DNA from: Desulfobacterales bacterium
Lineage (GTDB): Bacteria > Desulfobacterota > Desulfobacteria > Desulfobacterales > UBA2174
DNA: 64,000 nucleotides
Assembly (NCBI GenBank): GCA_963668645.2
Contig: CAXXWC010000017.1
Coordinates: 1-64,000 of the forward strand
Direction of reading: 5' to 3'
The position numbers and the translations under genes are program-made. Below the pieces are notes generated by a model that ran no database searches, was not told the DNA's origin, and worked only from the letters and a program-made list of their open reading frames with translations. Below are positions 30,579 to 40,037 of this stretch, piece after piece. Each line of letters opens with the position of its first letter. Position 1 is the first letter of the stretch.

Positions 30579-33500
30579 ACCGTCCCTGCCACATCACCAC
30601 CTTCTACAGCTTCAAGGGCGGCGTCGGGCGCACAATGCTTCTGGCCAATGTGGGCACGGCCCTGGCCCAGAAAGGGCGCCGGGTGCTGATCTGGGACCTG
30701 GATGTCGAAGCGCCGGGGATGCACCTGATTCCCGACCTGACGCCGGAACCGCTCCCTGAAACCGGTTTTCTGGAATGGCTTCTCGACTGGCAGGAACGCC
30801 GCCGCTTCGAAGAGCCGGACCAATCGCTCCTGGCCGCTTTGATGGATCGCATCCGGCCGGTTCCCAGGCTGCAAAAGCTCCACATCCTGCCGGCTTTCGG
30901 CGACAAGGCGGACTGCGCCGGGATCTACCAGCGCATCCGCTGGCACGACTTTCTGGTTCTGGACCCGGCCCGGGGGCTGAAGCTGTTTCAGCGCATTCTG
31001 GCCCATCTGACGGAAAAAGGGCCGTACGACCACATCCTGCTCGACGCCCGCACCGGGATGACCGATCTGGGCGGATTGATGACGGCGGTGCTGCCCCATG
31101 CCACGGTGCTGGTGGGCAGCTACGGCAGCCAGAACCTCTCCGGCCTGCTGCGCATTCACCGGGCCTTGCAGCCGGCGGTGGACAACCGCCTCCCGGTACG
31201 GGGCGACCTGCCGCCGCTCCAGCGCATGGTGGTGGTCTCGCCGGTGCCCGAGGACCAGGAAAAACGACGGGAGGTGCGCCGGCAAATCTGGGACCGGGAG
31301 TTTCCCGCCGGCAGCGACGAGATCCGGGTGGAAATCCCCTTTGACAGCCGGCTTCTTTTTTCCGAGGACGTGCTCTGTCTTTCAGATCCGGATTCATCGA
31401 CGGCCAGGTGCTACCGCCGGGTGGCCGGGGATCTCGATGCGCTCCTGGACGGGCTGAGGCAGACCGCCGCGGCCGGCGAAAGGACCGAGGCCGCCTATCC
31501 GGAATTTGCAGACGGCAAAGACCCCAGGACCCGCAAGCGAAAAGGCCGGACTTTCGAAGACCGGGTGGCCCGGCTCCTGACCCTGCTCGACTACCGGGTG
31601 GAGGCCGAACAGTATATCGACGGCAACCGGGTCGATCTCGTGGCCCGCAAGCGGAGCGGCCTGCGGTCCGAGTGCTACCTGGTGGAGTGCAAGCACCACG
31701 GCAAACCGGTGGGCAAGGATGTGGTCGAAAGACTGGCGGCCTGGCTCCAGGGCGACAAGGCGCGGGAGATGCGCGCCGAAGGGATGGTGGTGGCCCCCCG
31801 GTTCACCCCGGCGGCCCTGACCTTCGCCAGGTCGGCCGGAATTCTCGTTCATACGCCCGAAGCGCTGGAAAATCTCCTCTTCGATTTCGGGCCGTATCTT
31901 TCCCGCATCCGGCGCAGCTTCGAGGAAAGTCACCTGGCGCGCACCTACGTGCCCCAGCGGGTCCTGCTGGAGGCCGATCCCAAGCGCTGCCAGGGCGTCG
32001 ACCTGCTGGACCACGCCGCGGCCTGGGCCGGCGGCGAGGGCCGGCGGCTCTGGCTCCTGCTCGGGGACTACGGTACGGGCAAGACCTGCTTTTTCAAGCG
32101 CTTCGCCTACGAACTGGCCCGGCTTCACCTGGAAGCCGGGGACGACGAAAAGCGCCCCCCGGTCCCCGTCGCCATCGACCTCAAGGATTTTCCCAACGCC
32201 ATCACCCTGGAAGGCCTGCTCCAGGACCACCTGCGCCGCCATGCGAACTGGCACGGCAATCCCGAGATCCTGCTCCATCTCCTGGCCCAGGGGCGCGTCG
32301 TCCTGCTGCTCGACGCCTTCGACGAGATGGGCACGGCCGCGGCCGGCCGTTCGGTGGAAGAACAGTTCCGCCTCCTGGCCCGGCCCACCATGTCTGAAGG
32401 AGCGTCCGGGGGCAACCGGGTGCTCATCACCTGCCGCACCCATTTTTTCCGGGACCAGCAGTACGTCAAGGACGTGGCCTGCCACGGGCCGGAGGACGAC
32501 CTCATCGCCGGCGATTCGATCCTGGGCAAGGTGGCCCGCTCCTTCGAGGCGTCCATCGACGAGCTGATGCTCTTCGACGACGATCAGATCCGAGCCTTTC
32601 TGGAGCGGCATCTGCCGGCCGGAAAGGTCGAAGAGGCCCGGCGTTTCATCCGCCAGACCTACGACCTGCCGCGCCTGGCCCCCAGGCCGGTGATGCTGGA
32701 GATGATCGTCCAGGCCCTGCCCGAGCTGATGGCCGCCGGCGAAGGACTCACCCCGGCCGGCCTCTATCACCGCTACACCAGCCAGTGGCTTGAGGATCGT
32801 TCGGGAAAATCGCTTCTCACCACCCCGCGCCAGCGCAAACGGCTGCTGGAACACCTGGCCTTCGAACTCTGGGGCCGGGACCGCAACCGCATCCACCACC
32901 GGGACTTGGTCAACGTGCTGCGCCAACTGCCTCCCGAGCGCCTGGCCGGCCTGGACCCGGACCGGGTGGACCTGGAGCTGCGCACCGCCGCCTTTCTCAC
33001 CCGCACCGCCGAAGGGATGTACGGGTTTTCCCACAAGAGCTTCCGCGAATTTTTCTTTGCCAGCTATCTGTTGCGGGCCTTGCGTCGGGGAACGGACGCC
33101 CTATCTGCCGCCCTCGATACCGCTCGCCTTACGCCCGAGTGCGTGGCCTTTCTGCATGATTTGCTGGTCGCCGACGGCGACCGGGACAAGGCTGCCGAGG
33201 CGATTAAAGCGATCCTCACCGCCGAATACCGTCACGGGATTAGCGAGAACGCCCTGCGGCTGGGGTATCTTCTGGTAAAGGCGAAAAAGCAGACTTATTT
33301 GGCAGATGTCCTGCCGGGGCCGGACAATCTCATGGCCTTTTTTCTCCCAGAAAAAGCCCGGTTGGCAGGTGCAAACCTTGCCGAGGAATACCTGTTTGGT
33401 CTTCGGTTGCATAGCGCTGATTTTTCCGGTGCGATATTGGATGGTGCCGACCTGTCCGTTGGAAGCTTTCAATGGGCAAGCTTTGCGAATGCATCGATGA

Positions 33501-35743
33501 AGGGCTGTCAGCTCTATAACGCAGATTGTTTTTCTGCTGATTTAAGCTGTGCCAATCTAATCTCAGTCAACGCAGAAGAAGCCCGTCTAGAGGGGGCGGA
33601 TTTTTCTCAGGCGGATTTGACGGCATCTATATTTGTCAAAGCCAACTGCAAGAGTGCGAAATTTAAAGGGTCTGTCTGCTATGCCGCCCGGTTTGCAAGG
33701 GCGGAATTGACCGATGTCACTTGGCAGCCGGCCGACATTCGGCGTCTCACTTGTCCCGGCGCGCGACCAGAGGTAATCCAGCCTGCCTTGCCTATGGTGC
33801 ATAGAGCATCGTTTAGCACCGGCCATCATGCCGGCATCAATTCAGCGGTCTATTCCGAGGACGGTCGTTTTGTGTTGACGGGCAGTTCCGACGAGACGGC
33901 TCGGATCTGGGATTGTGCCACGGGCGAGGAGTTGCGTCGTTTCGAGGGCCATGGCGATTGGATCAATTCAGCGGTCTATTCTGGGGACGGTCGTTTTGCG
34001 TTGACAGGCAGTGACGACAATACGGCTCGGATCTGGGATTGTGCTACGGGCGAGGAGTTGCGTCGTTTCGAGGGCCATGGCGATTGGATCAATTCAGTGG
34101 TCTATTCTGGGGACGGTCGTTTTGTGTTGACGGGCAGTTCCGACAAGACGGCACGGATCTGGGATTGTGCCACGGGCGAGGAGTTGCGTCGCTTCGAGGG
34201 CCATGGCGGGAGTATCTGGTCAGCGGTCTATTCCGGGGACGGTCGTTTTGTGTTGACGGGCAGTGACGACAATACGGCACGGATCTGGGATTGTGCCACG
34301 GGCGAGGAGTTGCGTCGCTTCGAGGGCCATGGCGGGAGGGTCAATTCAGCGGTCTATTCGCCCGACGGTCGTTTTGTGTTGACGGGCAGTTCCGACAGTA
34401 CAGCTCGGATCTGGGATTGTGCCACGGGCGAGGAGTTGCGTCGCTTCAAGGGCCATGGCCGTAGGATCAATTCAGCGGTCTATTCGTCCGACGGTCGTTT
34501 TGTGTTGACAGGTAGTTCCGACGAGACGGCTCGGATTTGGGATTGTGCCACGGGCGAGGAGTTGCGTCGTTTCGAGGGCCATGGCGATTGGATCAATTCA
34601 GTGGTCTATTCTGGGGACGGTCGTTTTGTGTTGACGGGCAGTTCCGACGAGACGGCACGGATCTGGGATTGTGCCACGGGCGAGGAGTTGCGTCGCTTCG
34701 ATGGCCATGGCGGTTTGATTTTGTCAGCGGTTTATTCCGGGGACGGTCGTTTTGTGTTGACGGGCAGTTCCGACGAGACGGCACGGATCTGGGATTGTGC
34801 CACGGGCGAGGAGTTGCGTCGCTTCGAGGGCCATGGGGGGAAGATCTTGTCGGCGATCTATTCTGGGGACGGTCGTTTTGTGTTGACGGGCAGTTCCGAC
34901 GAGACGGCACGGATCTGGGATTGTGCCACGGGCGAGGAGTTGCGTCGCTTCGATGGCCATGGCGGTTGGATCTTGTCAGCGGTTTATTCCGGGGACGGTC
35001 GTTTTGTATTGACGGGCAGTTCCGACAAGACGGCACGGATCTGGGATTGTGCCACGGGCGAGGAGTTGCGTCGCTTCGATGGCCATGGCGATTGGATAAG
35101 GTCTGCGGTCTATTCTGGGGACGGTCGTTTTGTGTTGACGGGCAGTGACGACAAGACGGCACGGATCTGGGATTGTACCACGGGCGAGGAGTTGCGTCGC
35201 TTCGATGGCCATGGCGGTTGGATCTTGTCTGCGGTCTATTCTGGGGACGGTCGTTTTGTATTGACGGGCAGTTCCGACAAGACGGCACGGATCTGGGATT
35301 GTGCCACGGGCGAGGAGTTGCGTCGCTTCGAGGGCCATGGGGGGAAGATCTTGTCAGTGGTTTATTCTGGGGACGGTCGTTTTGTATTGACGGGCAGTTC
35401 CGACAAGACGGCACGGATCTGGGATTGTGCCACGGGCGAGGAGTTGCGTCGCTTCGAGGGCCATGGCGGGAGTATCTTGTCTGCGGTCTATTCTGGGGAC
35501 GGTCGTTTTGTGTTGACGGGCAGTGACGACAAGACGGCTCGGATCTGGGATGCCGAAACCGGGCAGTTAAAGATGATCCTTTTTCCCGCCCCGGACGGGT
35601 GGGTTTCTCTGGACGAAGAGGGGCGCTACCGGGCCGGGGGCCGGGGGCTGGATTACCTGGTCTACGCCGACGCGGAAGAAAAGATCTTTCCTCCCACCCT
35701 CTGGAAGGCCGAGGATCTGCCCCAAATGGCCGCCGATGCTTGA
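30575..35743 (+). CDS. NLR-like protein: ParA/MinD-like ATPase + restriction endonuclease-like domain + NACHT/STAND NTPase + pentapeptide repeats + 14 WD40 repeats
   Basis: FYSFKGGVGRT, DLDVEAPG, DARTG; FEDRVA...VDLVA...LVECK; LLGDYGTGKT, LLLDAFDE, LITCR, FSHKSFREFF; A(D/N)L pentapeptides; GH...WD repeats. Confidence 0.93.
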   Translation: MNRPCHITTFYSFKGGVGRTMLLANVGTALAQKGRRVLIWDLDVEAPGMHLIPDLTPEPLPETGFLEWLLDWQERRRFEEPDQSLLAALMDRIRPVPRLQKLHILPAFGDKADCAGIYQRIRWHDFLVLDPARGLKLFQRILAHLTEKGPYDHILLDARTGMTDLGGLMTAVLPHATVLVGSYGSQNLSGLLRIHRALQPAVDNRLPVRGDLPPLQRMVVVSPVPEDQEKRREVRRQIWDREFPAGSDEIRVEIPFDSRLLFSEDVLCLSDPDSSTARCYRRVAGDLDALLDGLRQTAAAGERTEAAYPEFADGKDPRTRKRKGRTFEDRVARLLTLLDYRVEAEQYIDGNRVDLVARKRSGLRSECYLVECKHHGKPVGKDVVERLAAWLQGDKAREMRAEGMVVAPRFTPAALTFARSAGILVHTPEALENLLFDFGPYLSRIRRSFEESHLARTYVPQRVLLEADPKRCQGVDLLDHAAAWAGGEGRRLWLLLGDYGTGKTCFFKRFAYELARLHLEAGDDEKRPPVPVAIDLKDFPNAITLEGLLQDHLRRHANWHGNPEILLHLLAQGRVVLLLDAFDEMGTAAAGRSVEEQFRLLARPTMSEGASGGNRVLITCRTHFFRDQQYVKDVACHGPEDDLIAGDSILGKVARSFEASIDELMLFDDDQIRAFLERHLPAGKVEEARRFIRQTYDLPRLAPRPVMLEMIVQALPELMAAGEGLTPAGLYHRYTSQWLEDRSGKSLLTTPRQRKRLLEHLAFELWGRDRNRIHHRDLVNVLRQLPPERLAGLDPDRVDLELRTAAFLTRTAEGMYGFSHKSFREFFFASYLLRALRRGTDALSAALDTARLTPECVAFLHDLLVADGDRDKAAEAIKAILTAEYRHGISENALRLGYLLVKAKKQTYLADVLPGPDNLMAFFLPEKARLAGANLAEEYLFGLRLHSADFSGAILDGADLSVGSFQWASFANASMKGCQLYNADCFSADLSCANLISVNAEEARLEGADFSQADLTASIFVKANCKSAKFKGSVCYAARFARAELTDVTWQPADIRRLTCPGARPEVIQPALPMVHRASFSTGHHAGINSAVYSEDGRFVLTGSSDETARIWDCATGEELRRFEGHGDWINSAVYSGDGRFALTGSDDNTARIWDCATGEELRRFEGHGDWINSVVYSGDGRFVLTGSSDKTARIWDCATGEELRRFEGHGGSIWSAVYSGDGRFVLTGSDDNTARIWDCATGEELRRFEGHGGRVNSAVYSPDGRFVLTGSSDSTARIWDCATGEELRRFKGHGRRINSAVYSSDGRFVLTGSSDETARIWDCATGEELRRFEGHGDWINSVVYSGDGRFVLTGSSDETARIWDCATGEELRRFDGHGGLILSAVYSGDGRFVLTGSSDETARIWDCATGEELRRFEGHGGKILSAIYSGDGRFVLTGSSDETARIWDCATGEELRRFDGHGGWILSAVYSGDGRFVLTGSSDKTARIWDCATGEELRRFDGHGDWIRSAVYSGDGRFVLTGSDDKTARIWDCTTGEELRRFDGHGGWILSAVYSGDGRFVLTGSSDKTARIWDCATGEELRRFEGHGGKILSVVYSGDGRFVLTGSSDKTARIWDCATGEELRRFEGHGGSILSAVYSGDGRFVLTGSDDKTARIWDAETGQLKMILFPAPDGWVSLDEEGRYRAGGRGLDYLVYADAEEKIFPPTLWKAEDLPQMAADA
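33821..35584 (+). repeat. 14 tandem 126-bp near-identical WD40-coding repeats
   Basis: Units start at 33821, 33947 ... 35459; consensus GHGxxIxSAVYSGDGRFVLTGSxDxTARIWDCATGEELRRFE; last unit diverges after WD. Confidence 0.97.
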
Positions 35744-35826
35744 CCATGAAGGTGCGCCGGTATAGGCTTTCAGGATAAAATCAGACGGAAGACTGAACGG
35801 TTCGAGACAGTGAGGAACGCGATTCA

Positions 35827-36030
35827 ATGGAATGCAAACAGGAAAAGAATCTCCAACACTGCAACTGCAGCTACGAGCCGTGCTCGCGCAAGGGGCTCTG
35901 CTGCGAGTGCATCGCCTACCACCTCAAAATGCGCCAGCTTCCCGGCTGCTGTTTCCCGGACAGCGCCGAGCGCACTTACGACCGCAGCTTCGAACATTTC
36001 GCCAAGCTGGTGGCGGCCCGCAAGGTTTAA
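35827..36030 (+). CDS. Small Cys-rich protein (DUF6485-like)
   Basis: [21 protein letters not shown]...LPGCCF; GAGG RBS. Confidence 0.8.
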   Translation: MECKQEKNLQHCNCSYEPCSRKGLCCECIAYHLKMRQLPGCCFPDSAERTYDRSFEHFAKLVAARKV

Positions 36031-36085
36031 CCCCAGGACCTGCCGTGGGATCGGATTTTACCCGCAATCCCGGGCCGTCAATTCT

Positions 36086-36889
36086 TTATCCGGCGGCAAC
36101 CTGGTGTTCACCTTGCCCGGCCACGGCCTTTTCCAGGGCCTTGAAGGCATCGACGCCCTGGGCCGCGGGTTGGCCCTCGCCTTGCAGAATCTGTTTGAAA
36201 TATTTCAGATCCGCCTCGTCGGCGGCCTTCAGGGGCCGGTCGATGTAGCTTAAGCGGTTGTGGGCCAGGCTGTAGACCGCCATGGGGCCGCAGCGGGTTT
36301 CGCCGGCCTGGCGGGCCACCTTGGCGCGGATCTGATAATGGGCCGCGGCAAAAGGCGGCGGCGGCGAGACATAGCCGAGCACTTCGGCCAGCAGGTCGAG
36401 GGCTTCGACCACCCCTTCGCCATAGCGGCTTTCCAGGGAGGCGGACCCGTCCAGGGCGATGGCGGCGATATCCTCCGGGCTGTAGGAAAGATCCAGCCGG
36501 GCGGCGGCGGCGGAGCGGATCCGGGCCACGGTCTCGGTTTTCTTGCGGACCACCACGTCGGCGTCGTTGAGAATCCGCCGGATGTTGCGGAAGCTGATCA
36601 TCTCCTTGACCAGCGGGCTTTTGCGCAGCACCGCGTCTTCCACCGTGGTGCGGTACCAGCCCAGGTCGTTGTCCAGCACCAGCACCGCCGCTTCGGCCGC
36701 GTCGGGCGGCAGGTAAAGCTCCAGATCGCGCTCGCGGCGCACCTGCCAGCCGGCCAGATCCAGCAGCCGGCGCATGGCCGGCTTGTCGATGCGGGTAGTG
36801 CTGTCCGGCCCGGCGCTCACCGTGCGGGACACATGGGCGGCGAGCCGGTCGATCTCGATTTTTTGCTTCAGATTTTCTCTAAATCCCAT
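36086..36889 (-). CDS. Hypothetical protein
   Basis: 267-aa ORF with host-like codon use and an AGGAAA RBS-like sequence. Confidence 0.75.
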   Translation of the reverse strand: MGFRENLKQKIEIDRLAAHVSRTVSAGPDSTTRIDKPAMRRLLDLAGWQVRRERDLELYLPPDAAEAAVLVLDNDLGWYRTTVEDAVLRKSPLVKEMISFRNIRRILNDADVVVRKKTETVARIRSAAAARLDLSYSPEDIAAIALDGSASLESRYGEGVVEALDLLAEVLGYVSPPPPFAAAHYQIRAKVARQAGETRCGPMAVYSLAHNRLSYIDRPLKAADEADLKYFKQILQGEGQPAAQGVDAFKALEKAVAGQGEHQVAAG

Positions 36890-37173
36890 GGCGGTTTCCT
36901 TTTTCTTCAGTCCCTAACAGATCCCGACCCCTGTTGCAACGGGGCCAAAGCTTGCTTGACCGGTCTCTTTGATTAGGTTAACGTATCTTTTTCTTTTCGC
37001 CGGGGCCAGTGGCCTCCCGCAGATGCATACTGCCCGCCGGGCCCCTATAAAACCCTTTCCAGACCGTGCGCCACCGCCCGCTTTTTTGAACTTGTGCACA
37101 AGTGCATGGGCGCAGGAGCCTATTGCGGAGCGCGGACGGGTTGCGCCGGTGCCAGACGCCAAGGAGTGGTGCC

Positions 37174-38496
37174 ATGAGCGGTGAAACCGTGCAATTGATC
37201 TACAATGGCCAGACCTTCGATTTGCCCCTGGTCACGGGCACCGAAGGCGAAAAAGCGGTGGATATTTCCGAGCTGCGCCGCCGCACCGGTCTGATCACCC
37301 TGGACCCGGGATACGTCAATACCGGAAGCTGCCTGTCGAGTGTCACGTTCATGGACGGCGAGCACGGCATCCTGCGCTACCGCGGGATTCCGGTGGAACA
37401 GCTTGCCGAACGTTCCAGCTTCGTGGAGACTACCTACCTGTTGATCCTCGGCCGGCTTCCCTCGCGCCGGGAGCTGACCCGCTTTTCGGTCCTGCTCAAC
37501 GACCACAGCCTGGTCCACGAGGACATGCGCAGTTTTTACGAGACCTTCCCCCGCGGATCGCATCCCATGGGGATTCTTTCGGCCATGGTCAACGCCCTGC
37601 GCAGTTTCTATCCGGAATTGCAGATTGTCGAGGAAGAGATCGACATGACCGTCACCCGCCTGGTGAGCAAGGTGCGCACCATGGCGGCGCTTTCTTACAA
37701 GATCAGCCGCGGTCATCGCCTCGTCTATCCGCGCCCGGACCTGTCGTATTGCGCCAATTTTCTTAACATGATGTTCGACACCCCGGTACGGCCCTACGTG
37801 GTGGATCAGGACGTGGTGGACGCCCTGAACGTCTTTTGGATTCTGCATGCCGACCACGAGCAGAACTGCTCGACCTCCACCGTCAGGATGGTGGGCAGCG
37901 GCCGGGTCAATCTCTATGCGGCCATTTCGGCCGGAATCGCGGCCCTCTGGGGACCGCTGCACGGCGGCGCCAACCAGGCGGTGATCGAAATGCTGCAAAA
38001 GATCCACCAGGGCGGGGAATCGGTCAGCCGGGTGATCGAGCGGGCCAAGGACAAGGCCGACCCCTTCCGCCTGATGGGCTTCGGCCACCGGGTTTACAAA
38101 ACCTACGATCCGCGGGCCCGGATCATGAAAAAGGTCTGCGACCGGCTGCTGGATAAAATGAGCATCGACGATCCGCTGATGGACATCGCCCGGGAGCTGG
38201 AGGCGCGGGCCCTGGAAGACCCCTATTTCGTGGATCACAACCTCTACCCCAACGTCGATTTTTACAGCGGCATCGTGCTGCGGGCTATGGGGATTCCCAC
38301 CAAGATGTTTACCGTAATGTTCGCCATCGGCCGGCTGCCCGGCTGGATCGCCCAGTGGAAGGAGAGCATGGACGATCCAGACTGGCGCCTGTCGCGGCCG
38401 CGGCAAATTTACATCGGCCCCCAAAAGATGGATTATGTTCCGATGAACATGCGCGAGGACCGCGAGCCCCAGCCGATCCGGCGGCCTGGAGAATAG
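37174..38496 (+). CDS. gltA: Citrate synthase
   Basis: LHADHEQNCST, GPLHGGAN, LMGFGHRVYK, YPNVDFYSG; AAGGAG RBS. Confidence 0.96.
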   Translation: MSGETVQLIYNGQTFDLPLVTGTEGEKAVDISELRRRTGLITLDPGYVNTGSCLSSVTFMDGEHGILRYRGIPVEQLAERSSFVETTYLLILGRLPSRRELTRFSVLLNDHSLVHEDMRSFYETFPRGSHPMGILSAMVNALRSFYPELQIVEEEIDMTVTRLVSKVRTMAALSYKISRGHRLVYPRPDLSYCANFLNMMFDTPVRPYVVDQDVVDALNVFWILHADHEQNCSTSTVRMVGSGRVNLYAAISAGIAALWGPLHGGANQAVIEMLQKIHQGGESVSRVIERAKDKADPFRLMGFGHRVYKTYDPRARIMKKVCDRLLDKMSIDDPLMDIARELEARALEDPYFVDHNLYPNVDFYSGIVLRAMGIPTKMFTVMFAIGRLPGWIAQWKESMDDPDWRLSRPRQIYIGPQKMDYVPMNMREDREPQPIRRPGE

Positions 38497-38570
38497 CGCC
38501 GGCAATTAGAGGCCGGAGAACGGAAGGCCGCCGGCGGCGGGCAAGGGGCGGCACCCGGCGCGGAGCCGAT

Positions 38571-38614
38571 AAAAAAAGGGATGGCCGCGGTTTGCACCGG
38601 TCCATCCCTTTTTT
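38571..38614. terminator. Bidirectional terminator between convergent gltA and uraA
   Basis: AAAAAAAGGGATGG...CCATCCCTTTTTT inverted repeat. Confidence 0.8.
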
Positions 38615-38655
38615 GCTCGGCTTCCGTTTCGATCGTTGGACGCCGGATTCGGCTA

Positions 38656-39978
38656 TCACGCCGATCGGCGATCGGCGGGCAGGACGAGGTTGAGGACTAC
38701 GCCGAGGATTCCGGCCAGGCCGATGCCCCCGAGGCTGAAGGTGCCGATGGACAGCACCATGCCGCCGATGCCGCAGACCAGAATCAGTGCCACGATGGTC
38801 AGGTTGCGCGGCCGGGTCAGATCCTCGCCGGCCTTGACCAGGGTGTTGAGGCCGACCACGGTGATGGCGCCGAAAAGCAGGAGCATGATCCCGCCCATCA
38901 CCGGTACGGGGATGGTCTGGAGCAGGGCGCCGACCTTGCCGATAAAGGCCAGCAGGATGGCGAAGATGGCGGCCCAGGTCATGACGGCCGGGTTGAAGGC
39001 CCGGGTCAGGGTGACGGCGCCGGTCACTTCGGAGTAGGTGGTATTGGGCGGACCGCCCAGAAAGGAGGCCATGGTGGTGGCCAAGCCGTCGCCCAACATG
39101 GTGCGGTGGATCCCCGGCGACTGGACATAGTCCCGGCCCGTGACGTTGCCGATGGCCAGGATGTCGCCGAAATGCTCGATGGCCGGGGCGATGGCCACCG
39201 GCACGATGAACAGCACGGCTTGCAGATTCCATTCCGGGAAGACGAAGTTGGGCATGGCAAACCAGGGGGCCTCGGCGATGGCTTTGAAGTTGACCAGGGC
39301 GGGAGCGGTGAAATTTTTGAGCTGGCCGGGATCGAAGCCGGCCTGGATCGTGGCCGAAACGCCCGCGGCGTCCAGAATCAGGGCTACCAGGTAGCCGGCA
39401 GCGACGCCGACGAGGATGGGGATCAGCCGGAACCATCCCCGGCCGATGAGCGAGGTGACCACGGTGGTGATCAGGGCCACCCCGGCCAGGCTGACCGCCG
39501 TGGTGCTGGGCACCAGCCAGGCGCTGCCGTCACCGGTGCGGCCCATGGCCATATGGACCGCCACCGGCGCCAGGACCAGGCCGATCACCATGATCACCGG
39601 TCCGACCACCACCGGCGGCAAAATCCGATGGAGAAATCCCGGCCCGAAAGTTTTCACACAGAGGCTGAGCACCACGTAAAGCAGCCCGGCAGCCGCCAGC
39701 CCGCAGAGGGTTCCGGGGATGCCCCAGGTACTTACCCCGTATATGATCGGCGCGATAAAGGCAAAGGAAGAGGCGAGAAAAATGGGGACCCGGCCGCCGG
39801 TGACGGCCTGAAAGAGCAGGGTTCCGGCCCCGGCGGTGAACAGGGCCACGTTGGGATCGAGTCCGGTGAGCAGCGGCACCAGCACCAGTGCCCCGAAGGC
39901 CACAAAGAGCATCTGGGCGCCGATCACGGCATGCCGCGGGGTGAAATGGTAATCCGGTGAGGATATATCGTGGGGCAT
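38656..39978 (-). CDS. uraA: Uracil permease (NCS2 family)
   Basis: QMLFVAFGALVLVP, SSFAFI, EHFGD, GGPPNTTYSE; adjacent to upp. Confidence 0.92.
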   Translation of the reverse strand: MPHDISSPDYHFTPRHAVIGAQMLFVAFGALVLVPLLTGLDPNVALFTAGAGTLLFQAVTGGRVPIFLASSFAFIAPIIYGVSTWGIPGTLCGLAAAGLLYVVLSLCVKTFGPGFLHRILPPVVVGPVIMVIGLVLAPVAVHMAMGRTGDGSAWLVPSTTAVSLAGVALITTVVTSLIGRGWFRLIPILVGVAAGYLVALILDAAGVSATIQAGFDPGQLKNFTAPALVNFKAIAEAPWFAMPNFVFPEWNLQAVLFIVPVAIAPAIEHFGDILAIGNVTGRDYVQSPGIHRTMLGDGLATTMASFLGGPPNTTYSEVTGAVTLTRAFNPAVMTWAAIFAILLAFIGKVGALLQTIPVPVMGGIMLLLFGAITVVGLNTLVKAGEDLTRPRNLTIVALILVCGIGGMVLSIGTFSLGGIGLAGILGVVLNLVLPADRRSA

Positions 39979-40037
39979 ACCACCTCCTATTTGGGGACGT
40001 GTAATAACGTTGTGCGCCGCGGCGCGGTCGGTTGCGT

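Noticed and set aside
33821..35584. CRISPR array or diversity-generating retroelement
   Set aside because: The units are in-frame 126-bp coding WD40 repeats with no unique spacers; no cas genes, reverse transcriptase or separate template repeat are present in the window.
34537..35747. Repetitive alternative-frame ORFs over the WD40 array
   Set aside because: They are a by-product of the stop-poor tandem repeat, with no RBS or independent evidence.
28384..35826. Mobile element boundaries around the NLR cluster
   Set aside because: No integrase, transposase, tRNA or recognisable direct/inverted terminal repeats were seen.
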